This document shows positions 48,334 to 56,231 of a stretch of DNA of 64,000 bases, in pieces. Made by a program: the position numbers and the translations under genes. Numbering within the stretch: position 1 is the stretch's first letter; each line of letters starts with the position of its first letter. The notes below the pieces were generated by a model. The model was not told the origin of the DNA and searched no databases. It saw only the letters and a program-made list of their open reading frames with translations. The DNA comes from a virus: IMG/VR virus record IMGVR_UViG_3300029121_000001. One strand, 5' to 3'.

Positions 48334-48837
48334 TTATTTTAACCACTCAGGGCAAGGATTTAATGCCTTGATACCACCATGAGCGGGAATGAACGTATTC
48401 AGACGTTCACCATTTTCAGACTTAATAGGAATTTCAGTAGTACGGTCTTCAATGTTCTTCCACATTAGTTCAATGTTAGAAGTCTTTCGACCACCAAGAG
48501 GAAGTTTTCTACCAGTCTGAAGATAAGTTCCAGTAAACTCCTTAGACATATTTACCATAGCAGCGGCATCTGCACGGGTAAATTCATAAGCATTAACTAG
48601 TTCTGTTGCTTCCTTTACAGGAATATGAGTGGTAGCAGCTACTACATTGCTAACCACTTTACGAAGTTCACGAGAAGGATAGTATTCATCAACCTTACCA
48701 CCCTTAGCATAAACATCAACAGAATAGTTTGTATCATTCATCATTGCTTGCATGACAGTGATCTCATCTTTTTTAGAAGAAGAACATTGAGTAACACCAT
48801 CTCTGACTTCTTTGATAATCTCATATGCACTTGTCAT
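48334..48837 (-). CDS. hypothetical protein
   Basis: 167-aa ORF with GC-richer codons; weak RBS. Confidence 0.75.
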   Translation of the reverse strand: MTSAYEIIKEVRDGVTQCSSSKKDEITVMQAMMNDTNYSVDVYAKGGKVDEYYPSRELRKVVSNVVAATTHIPVKEATELVNAYEFTRADAAAMVNMSKEFTGTYLQTGRKLPLGGRKTSNIELMWKNIEDRTTEIPIKSENGERLNTFIPAHGGIKALNPCPEWLK

Positions 48838-48939
48838 AATCGGTCATCTCTCTTTCTTTTTAATTTTATAGAATTCTTCTTATACTCCAAGATTCAAGAC
48901 TCGAACTTGATAAATGTCCAATACAATCTTAGTTAGGGA

Positions 48940-49740
48940 GATATGAGTTTGCTAGTGGACCGTAGCCCACAAATAACCCTCAGAAACCCATATCAGAAAA
49001 CCGCATCTTAATTTCGGAAATATAGAAGGATGCTTTATCTATACCCCTAGAAGGTCAACTGTCTTTTTCTCATACCTACAGCTCATCTGGATCGATGGTT
49101 TCCTACACGAAATCAAAGTCCTTAAATTTCGGATAATGTGCTAGATGATTTACACAAAACCTACTATTGTTCTTTATATCGTGGCCAGCTCAATAAACTT
49201 ACGGGTGAAGTTTTGCATAAACTAAACGCGCAAGTAGCCTTCCTTAGAACAATCAAGAGTATCTAATGCATATCAATATTCGGCAAACTACCTAAACCAT
49301 AGCTGGTATGGAGTTATTCGTACCAAATATTATTATTCCCCGCCTCGGTAGATACTTTCAAGACTTGACACGCTTTCCCGGTGCCCTTTATGTGGGGCAT
49401 ATAGTAGACCACTATAATTAATAGCCTAAAAAGTTGATCAGACTATCTAGAAAATTAATTAAAGTTTTTATGGCGATACGCGTATCTATTCAATTACGAA
49501 TCCCAATTTGGGATCCTAATAATTGTCACTACGGTCCCCCAGATCCATCTATATGCGTATAAGCGTTAGGATAAAGGTAGTAGACATTATCCCTGCAGAA
49601 TCTTACTGCACCATCATTAGATGTAATCTAATGAATCGAACCTCGCTTTGTAAACCTAAGAAGAAAGAAAAACTTAGATTTACACTTCTTTTGAGCTGTC
49701 CGTCCCTCGATACACAAAAGAAAAAATAGGAATTAAATAC
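48940..49740. ncRNA. candidate large structured non-coding RNA (about 800 nt ORF-free, GC-elevated region next to the tRNAs); strand unresolved
   Basis: No credible ORF in six frames in otherwise gene-dense DNA. Composition is clearly richer in G+C than the flanks (similar to the verified intron). Local helices such as ggatcccaa/ttgggattc. Adjacent to two tRNA genes. Confidence 0.35.
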
Positions 49741-49762
49741 AAGCCGAATATTTAATTCCTAA

Positions 49763-49839
49763 TGGTGGGCCATGTAGGACTCGAACCTACGACCATCCGG
49801 TTATGAGCCAGAAGCTCTGACCAACTAAGCTAATAGCCC
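49763..49839 (-). tRNA. tRNA-Met: tRNA with CAU anticodon (Met, or Ile2 if lysidine-modified), encoded CCA
   Basis: GGGCTATTAGCTTAGTTGGTCAGAGCTTCTGGCTCATAACCGGATGGTCGTAGGTTCGAGTCCTACATGGCCCACCA folds as a cloverleaf with GGTTCGAGTCC T-arm. Confidence 0.9.
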
Positions 49840-49871
49840 TTATAAGTAGAATTAGGGGAGATAATTCTACA

Positions 49872-49954
49872 TGGTGCAGGAAAAGGGACTTGAACCCTCA
49901 CTCCGAAGAACTAGATCCTAAGTCTAGCGTGTCTGCCATTCCACCATTCCTGCA
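49872..49954 (-). tRNA. tRNA-Leu: tRNA-Leu (UAG anticodon), class II with long variable arm, encoded CCA
   Basis: TGCAGGAATGGTGGAATGGCAGACACGCTAGACTTAGGATCTAGTTCTTCGGAGTGAGGGTTCAAGTCCCTTTTCCTGCACCA; anticodon loop CTTAGGA. Confidence 0.88.
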
Positions 49955-49974
49955 AATATAAAAGAGCTAATAAC

Positions 49975-50142
49975 TTAATTAGTCTGATTCGAATCCGTAC
50001 TATTATGTATGTCTTGTAAAGTTTGATCATCTAAAAATGTAATAGCATTTACATTTTTAATCTTGCCTTTAGAAGAAATAAAGTGATTAATTTCTTCAGG
50101 TGTAGATGAACAAAGAATTTTATAAAAATCAGATTTGTCCAT
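49975..50142 (-). CDS. small hypothetical protein (55 aa)
   Basis: MDKSDFYKILCSSTPEEINHFISSKGKIKNVNAITFLDDQTLQDIHNSTDSNQTN; AGGAGG RBS 8 nt upstream. Below the ORF-track length cutoff. Confidence 0.6.
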   Translation of the reverse strand: MDKSDFYKILCSSTPEEINHFISSKGKIKNVNAITFLDDQTLQDIHNSTDSNQTN

Positions 50143-50194
50143 TAATATTCCTCCTACAATATTTTGTATTATATTGTTTAGGAGGAATTAAAGT

Positions 50195-50458
50195 TTAAAT
50201 ATAATAAAGCGTAGATATAGTGCACTCCATTATAATTATTCCAGAAGCATTATAAGCAAGTGCCATTATATATGAATCTATTTGTGTTAACATACATTTA
50301 TATCTTATTACTTTCATATTTAATGAATATCCAATCATAGTTCCAGAAGCTAAATAATAACAGTATTCATTAAAGTTACCATATTGATTATTTATCTGTG
50401 TATATACTGTTTTTATATCAGATAATTTATGTATAATATTTTTCTGAGAAGCGTCAGA
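50195..50458 (-). CDS. startless cassette f (87 aa)
   Basis: AAATAAATCTGACGCTTCTCAG. SDASQKNIIHKLSDIKTVYTQINNQYGNFNEYCYYLASGTMIGYSLNMKVIRYKCMLTQIDSYIMALAYNASGIIIMECTISTLYYI. Confidence 0.55.
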   Translation of the reverse strand, partial: SDASQKNIIHKLSDIKTVYTQINNQYGNFNEYCYYLASGTMIGYSLNMKVIRYKCMLTQIDSYIMALAYNASGIIIMECTISTLYYI

Positions 50459-50474
50459 TTTATTTGATAATATA

Positions 50475-50711
50475 TTAAATATAGAATATTCTTACATTAT
50501 ATTTTGCTAAAATAATATCATGTGCGTTTAAGTCAATATTAAATGCAGCGATTCCATATTGTGAATTACTAATGTAATATATGGATACATATGGAAGTCC
50601 AGATATAGAATTCACATCTTTACATACTGCAGATATTACAGTTCCATTTTTAAAAGTTTTTAGTTCTGGGATATACATATCTATATATTTAATTTTAGTA
50701 GAAGCGTCAGA
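50475..50711 (-). CDS. startless cassette g (78 aa)
   Basis: TAA AAT AAA TCT GAC GCT TCT. SDASTKIKYIDMYIPELKTFKNGTVISAVCKD...NVRIFYI. The internal ATG at 50678 has no RBS. Confidence 0.6.
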   Translation of the reverse strand, partial: SDASTKIKYIDMYIPELKTFKNGTVISAVCKDVNSISGLPYVSIYYISNSQYGIAAFNIDLNAHDIILAKYNVRIFYI

Positions 50712-50720
50712 TTTATTTTA

Positions 50721-51638
50721 TCTTATCATTATAAGAGGGAAAACTCCTTTACTACCATAATACACAGGTGCATTAGCAACTTTTACTTCAGATCCAGATG
50801 CAATATACCATGGCATATCATAACTGTGTCCTCCTTGAGGATAGCTATTGTTTGATAATCCACGTAAGAAGCCATCTCCAAATTACCAAGTAGTAAAATT
50901 AAAATATGGTAATTTATAATTAGCTTCACCATCATCATATTTGTTGTTATTAGAAGCAAATTTACCAGTAATTTGTCCAGCACTCATTAATGTACAATAT
51001 GCATTTGTCCAAGCATAACCTGTATTAGTAAGATTGCCATTGACATATTCAGTTTTATTAGATAATAATACCTTTCTTTTAACTAAATGATTATAAAAAA
51101 TAGATTTTTTCATCAATATATCAGCTGTAGTTGAATTCAAATCTTTATGCACACCTGTACTTACATATCCAGTATCTTCAAATATCATGCCATTTGATGA
51201 TTTATAAAGAGGTTCTGTAGGAATCATAAATATACCATATCCATTATCATATGGTGTTCCATCTGAAGCAGTTTTATTATGTTCACAATCAAAACCTACA
51301 ATAACCCATTTCTTATTGTAAGTACCATCTTTAATAGTTATTGTAGAACCAATAGAAGCACCATAATAACCTGTAAAATTACTACATCTAATAAGAAAAT
51401 CATCTAGATCAATAGTAGTTTCATCATGATTAATGGATAATGTGCCAAGGTCTTGAACTTTATATCTAGTATTAGGAGTAGAAGTATCAATAGGAAGATT
51501 TTTTACATCTCCTAGTATTTTAATAATAATAGATTGTATAGTTGTATTTTTACTAAATTTACTTTTAGCAGGAATTCCTCCAACTGTGTATCTTGTTACA
51601 ATATCATTCTCTAATATTAAATTAGTAGAAGCGTCAGA
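50721..51638 (-). CDS. startless cassette h: long receptor-binding-like module (251 + 54 codons) interrupted by an in-frame TAA; paralogue of cassette i
   Basis: TAA TAA TCT GAC GCT TCT. SDASTNLILENDIVTRYTVGGIPAKSKF...ANYKLPYFNFTTW-TAA-FGDGFLRGLSNN...GVFPLIMIR. The first in-frame ATG is 136 codons in. Confidence 0.6.
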
Positions 51639-51660
51639 TTATTATAAAAAAAAAATAAAA

Positions 51661-51682
51661 GGGAGTAGATTTCTCCACTCCC
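51661..51682 (-). terminator. intrinsic terminator after 51691..52136, abutting the cassette motif
   Basis: gggagtag/ccactccc hairpin followed by TTTTATTTTTTTTT on the minus strand, then ATAATAATCTGACGC. Confidence 0.7.
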
Positions 51683-51690
51683 TTTTATAA

Positions 51691-52136
51691 TTATTCTTCG
51701 CCTTCTTCCCATTTATGATGACGCTCTTCTTCGAGCATCCTCTCGTTAATAGACTTTGGAAGTCTCTTCATACGAGATACATTGGTGATATACAGCTTGC
51801 TATCATTACCAAGCTCAACAATGTACTTGCATTTTGCATTGAATACGGGAGGATAAAATTGCGTCCAGCCTTTATCAAACAAGTACTGATAGCAGTACCT
51901 ATAAATCTGGCGCATAGTAGCACCAGATTTTGCATTGCCATGATTCACCATATGGCGAAGCATGGCGGAATATTTTTTACCCTTACGGGTAAAAATCAGG
52001 TTGATATCATGCTTTTCATGCTCAAAAGGAGCACGCGCATGGCATTCATGGCTTTGTCAAATTCCTCCCAGTACTTATCTTCATCACTGATACAAGTAGT
52101 GTTGATATCGTTCATATTGTTGTTCATGTTAGCCAT
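51691..52136 (-). pseudogene. frameshifted gene (or -1 frameshift / sequencing indel), GC-rich
   Basis: AAGGAGG RBS plus ATG at 52136 opens a frame that stops at 51996-51998. The -1 frame is open from 52056 to 51691 (…FEHEKHDINLIFTRKGKKYSAMLRHMVNHG…). Overlap window 51999-52056. Confidence 0.55.
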
Positions 52137-52258
52137 AATAAAGTCCTCCTTATAGACTTCCAATATAATAAAATATTCTTCTAAGAAGGAATATATTTAT
52201 CCTTCTTATCACTTTTATACTATACAAGTGAAATATTTAAATTGTTAAAAAAATAAAC

Positions 52259-52280
52259 CAGTAGAGATTTCTCCCTACTG
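52259..52280 (-). terminator. intrinsic terminator after the RNAP beta-prime gene
   Basis: cagtagag/ccctactg hairpin followed by TTTATTTTTTT on the minus strand. Confidence 0.7.
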
Positions 52281-52338
52281 ATATTTTTAATTATACATAC
52301 ACTACTATTATCTCATTAGTATTATTGCGCAATTAATA

Positions 52339-52587
52339 TTAGTGAGATTTAATAACATTAAAGATTCTATCAAACTTAGCAATCTCTTCTTGAGTATAAT
52401 TTTCTCTACCAAGTCTTGCTAATGTATTAGCATTGATAAGAGTATCTCTTTGCATAGAAGCGTTAGCATTAAAATACCCATTATCTCTAGAAATATACAT
52501 AGCATTTCTAGGATTAAATTTCTCCCAAGCAAGACGAATGAAAGTCTGATTCATCGGTACCAAACAATATATAACATCTCCGTCAAA
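52339..52587 (-). CDS. RNA polymerase beta-prime-like subunit (N-terminal fragment type), exon 2
   Basis: Opens FDGDVIYCLVPMNQTF..., completing the AAD|FDGD catalytic motif begun in exon 1. Confidence 0.8.
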   Translation of the reverse strand, partial: FDGDVIYCLVPMNQTFIRLAWEKFNPRNAMYISRDNGYFNANASMQRDTLINANTLARLGRENYTQEEIAKFDRIFNVIKSH

Positions 52588-53129
52588 CCTAAATCGGACA
52601 CTTTAGGAAAGTTAAAATTGAAATAAGCGAATCTTATGTCATTCATGTACCCTTACACATGAAATATTTAAAATTGCTTAAAACTGCATATTTTAACTTT
52701 TCTTTTAATTTAGCGATCATATCTTTATCCAGTAAAGATTCTGCAATTCTTTATTTATCTGGATATATATCGTTTCGATTTAAATGGATTTATCTGCTGC
52801 CTCAGTACCATACCTATATAATATAGGCTCTACATAATGATCTGTGGGCACACTCATTTCTGAGCTTCGCTGCTGGTTGTCAATTTTATACTATAATAGT
52901 ATTGATCTTTAAGGAACTTAATTTTCATTAAGCTTTTATTGCATCCTAGATCATCCTGTAAATTCTTTCTGACTTTCGTCGGCTTTCACGCTTACCATTG
53001 CTAGTTACGTTGTAGCTTTACAGGCATTATGGTTTTCCAGCAATTAGATATATTAGCGACTCTAAATTACTTTAGAGAAGGGACTTCTGTGGTGATATTA
53101 TATATTATAAATAGCACCACTGCTATTTA
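52588..53129 (-). ncRNA. group I self-splicing intron (542 nt, no ORF)
   Basis: Splits AAD/FDGD. 5' exon ends in U (GAT); the intron ends in G (…GATTTAGG). CCCACAGATCATTATG and AAAGATATGATCGC resemble the conserved R and S elements and can pair as P7 (GATCAT/ATGATC). GC-elevated, no ORF. Confidence 0.75.
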
Positions 53130-54554
53130 ATCCGCAGCCAAAAATTTCAAGATCTGCAGAGGAACTGCTAGAGTATAGGTATTAGTAATTCCAACACAGA
53201 ACATTTGCAGAATAGAGCCATAAGCAAGTGTAGGATTTCGGCCAATTATTACCGGTAATCCACGCATACCTTTATGCTTAAAATCATCAATGATAGATTG
53301 AATAATCGTATTGATCTTTTTATTAGGCTCAATAGTAGCTTTATACCAGATATCATGAGCTTCTGTTGGAGTCATACCATGCATACGGCAAAGAATATTT
53401 TTAATTCTCTGCTCAAGCATAACAGTCAGAGCAACTGCAGGCATTGTAATTTCATCAATACGAAGATTGGGATTTTGAACGATAACACAACGAGAAGAGA
53501 AGTTATACCGTCCACCGAGAAGACATCTAAAATCACCTTTCTTACCAGCAAGGATATTAATTTGCTCTGAATAAATATCCATAAACTTCTTCTGGAGATT
53601 ATAAAGCTGCTGATTCTTGATCTTAGGTTCTCTCTGAATAGCAGTCTTATTCTTGTTGATAGAAGTTGCTAGTTTATTGATCATGGCATACATTGCATTT
53701 GTAGGCTCATATGTCATGTTATTTCCATCGATATCAAAAGGACGAAGTAGAGTAGTAATAACAGGAAGAGACGATGAGAATACAGACTCTCTAGCTTCAT
53801 AAATAGCATCATAATAACTCTTCTTATTAGGATACTTTTTAATATAATAATCCATAATCTCATCGAATCTTTCAGTGAATTCTATCATACCAATTCCAAA
53901 GAAAGGTTCATCCTTAAGCTTAGGATCATCTCTAGACATCGTATTGAGAACAAGTTGAGTATCTGTGACATCAAGAATATTCTCAAGCTTAGTACGCTTA
54001 TTACCTTGAATATAGATGCCCTTACCAAGAATAGATTCAATATAGATATAGAATGTAGGATGAATAAACTTATATGGTTTAGATAATTTAATCCAACCAC
54101 AATACTTGAAGTTATCATCTACATATGTGCACAAGTGCCCACATTGAGGACAGCGAAGACCATAATTAATACGTCCTCTAAGTCCTCCTTCTTTACATCT
54201 ACAACGATACCTATCCATAAAAGGATTAGTATCAGCAAGAGTCTGTCCAAACTTTGGAGAGAAGATACCATCTTCTGCACGAAGATCTTTCTTGATGTTA
54301 CGTCCTGCAGGTTCTACAATAAAGCCATTGCCTTCACGAAGATCATCTTCACAAGCTTTATCATAATTAATGATCTCAAGCTTACCAGAGAATTCATATT
54401 TATCAGAATGAGGATAAGTTTTACTGGTAGACATAAGATCATTAAGATGAGGCTTAAGGAAATTAAATTCCTGTTGATGCTTCATCTGATATTCGATATT
54501 GTAATCGTGGAGTTGTTTATAGTTGCTAGTGTCAACATTATATTTCGTTTCCAT
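53130..54554 (-). CDS. RNA polymerase beta-prime-like subunit, exon 1
   Basis: Zn-binding CRCKEGGLRGRINYGLRCPQCG; LLGGRYNFSSRCVIV; ends ...LKFLAAD. AAGGAGG RBS. Confidence 0.85.
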
Positions 54555-54647
54555 TGAATAAAAATCCTCCTTAGTGTATTTATACTTTTGGAGATAATAT
54601 CTTACAAAAATTACGGTGGTCTAATCATAAAATCATAACCTTTCTAT

Positions 54648-54663
54648 CAATATTATAATATAT
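54648..54663 (-). promoter_or_regulatory. promoter-like motif ATATATTATAATATTG
   Basis: 94 nt upstream of the 54554 start. Confidence 0.4.
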
Positions 54664-54677
54664 CCTTAAAAGATTTT

Positions 54678-55241
54678 TTAAGAATTATCTGTAAATTTAT
54701 TCAGTTTCATTATAGTATTATAATCAGGATCATCTAATCTAGGCTGTTTAGAATCGTCTTTTAGCAGGTATACTTTTCCTTTAAACGGTTTATATTTAAT
54801 ACCAACAGCATCAAGCATTCTAGTAGCTTCTCTAAAATCTGCTGTATCAGGATATTTATTAATGCTATAATAAATATTCTTTACTCCTACTTGAATAAGA
54901 GCCTTAGTGCAATTATGACAAGGAAACATGGTTACATAAAGAGTAGATCCTCTAAAAGCAGAAAGATCTCCACGGAAGTTGAGAATAGCATTTTCTTCTG
55001 CATGTACTACATAAGGATATTTAGTATCTTCTTCATTTTCTGCTTCCCTTGCCCAAGGAAATTCATCATCAGAAATTCCATTAGGAAATCCATTATAACC
55101 AATGCTAAGGATACGATCATTAGAAGATACAAATACTGCACCAACTTGAGAATTAGGATCTTTAGATCGCATTGCTGCCATTCGAGCAATGCCCATATAC
55201 ATATCTTCTTTAGAGATATAATTAGTGCGTTTATCTGACAT
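54678..55241 (-). CDS. dCMP deaminase
   Basis: VVHAEENAI and PCHNCTKALIQVGVKNIYY zinc-binding motifs; AAGGAGG RBS. Confidence 0.9.
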   Translation of the reverse strand: MSDKRTNYISKEDMYMGIARMAAMRSKDPNSQVGAVFVSSNDRILSIGYNGFPNGISDDEFPWAREAENEEDTKYPYVVHAEENAILNFRGDLSAFRGSTLYVTMFPCHNCTKALIQVGVKNIYYSINKYPDTADFREATRMLDAVGIKYKPFKGKVYLLKDDSKQPRLDDPDYNTIMKLNKFTDNS

Positions 55242-55297
55242 GAGATAGCCTCCTTTAAATTTAGTAATTAATTGTCAAATGAAAAATTAAAAAATAA

Positions 55298-55330
55298 TAC
55301 TAGGTAAGGAATCTACTTCCTTACCTAGTA
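55298..55330. terminator. bidirectional hairpin terminator after cassette i
   Basis: tactaggtaaggaa/ttccttacctagta. Confidence 0.65.
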
Positions 55331-55360
55331 TTTTAAAATTTCATAAAGTGGTTAATTATA

Positions 55361-56227
55361 TTACCTAATATAAATAAGCGGACGAAGACCGAGCCTGCTA
55401 TAACAGAGGTTCCAATCTGGTTTACCAGAATTTGAAATACCATAGACATAGTTATTGCCATAACTTTTACTGCATATTCCACGCAACCAAGCCCAATTAT
55501 CAAAACTCCATGTTTCATAATTGAATAATGGTAGTTTATAATTAGCTTCTCCATCATCGAATTTATTACTAGTAGAAGCAAATGTGCCAGTTACTTGTCC
55601 TGTACTCATTAACGTGCAATATGCATTAGTCCATATATAACTATTAGCACAATAATTAGAATCTCTAGAAGTACTCAATAGAACATTACGTAGTACAAGA
55701 TGCTCACCAAGTACTCTCTTAAGGTTATCTGCAACTTCAGATAATATAGTCTTATTTATAGCAGATCCATTATATCCTTTTTCAGTAGAACTAGAATCCC
55801 ATACTACACTACCTAAACTCCTCCTAGGTATTAAACATATACCATATCCATTATCATTAGTATTTCCATCAGATGCTGTTTGATTGTGTTCCATATCGAA
55901 ACCAGCAATAATCCATTCTTTATTATATACATCATCTTTAATAGTAACATAACTACCAATAGTAGCACCGTAATAACCAGTATCATGGCAACATCTATAA
56001 AGAAAGTAATCTATATCACTAACATTAGACCAAGTCCCAAGATCCTGAGACTTATAACGTGTATTAGGTGTAGAAGTATCAACCGGAAGTTGTCCACTAT
56101 CTCCTAGCATTTTAATGATAATAGATTGTATAGTATCAGTTGCAGAGAATTGAGATCTTTTAGATATACCTCCAACAGTATATCTAGTATTATAAATTTG
56201 GACTCCAAGTTTATTAGAAGCGTCATT
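55361..56227 (-). CDS. startless cassette i: long receptor-binding-like module (288 aa), variant motif AATGACGCTTCT
   Basis: NDASNKLGVQIYNTRYTVGGISKRSQF...ANYKLPLFNYETWSFDNWAWLRGI...GLRPLIYIR. The track N-terminal extension to 56350 overlaps cassette j in another frame and has no RBS. Confidence 0.6.
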   Translation of the reverse strand, partial: NDASNKLGVQIYNTRYTVGGISKRSQFSATDTIQSIIIKMLGDSGQLPVDTSTPNTRYKSQDLGTWSNVSDIDYFLYRCCHDTGYYGATIGSYVTIKDDVYNKEWIIAGFDMEHNQTASDGNTNDNGYGICLIPRRSLGSVVWDSSSTEKGYNGSAINKTILSEVADNLKRVLGEHLVLRNVLLSTSRDSNYCANSYIWTNAYCTLMSTGQVTGTFASTSNKFDDGEANYKLPLFNYETWSFDNWAWLRGICSKSYGNNYVYGISNSGKPDWNLCYSRLGLRPLIYIR

Positions 56228-56231
56228 CTTA

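Noticed and set aside
49523-49729. 68-aa ORF inside the ORF-free GC-elevated region
   Set aside because: It has a non-ATG start, no RBS and an Arg/Ser-rich odd composition. It is the only ORF of 60 aa or more in 800 nt. It is more consistent with chance in GC-richer non-coding sequence.
49763-49954. tRNA genes as a prophage attachment site or integration junction
   Set aside because: Both tRNAs are complete with encoded CCA and sit inside a colinear phage gene block. No direct-repeat duplication of a tRNA 3' end was seen in the window.
50883-50885. Stop-codon reassignment (alternative genetic code), suggested by the in-frame TAA in cassette h and the TAA TAA before cassettes
   Set aside because: TAA, TAG and TGA all terminate well-supported genes here, directly followed by terminators or by the next RBS. 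The sequences upstream of the cassettes are terminator hairpins and T-runs, not coding. Global recoding is therefore not supported.
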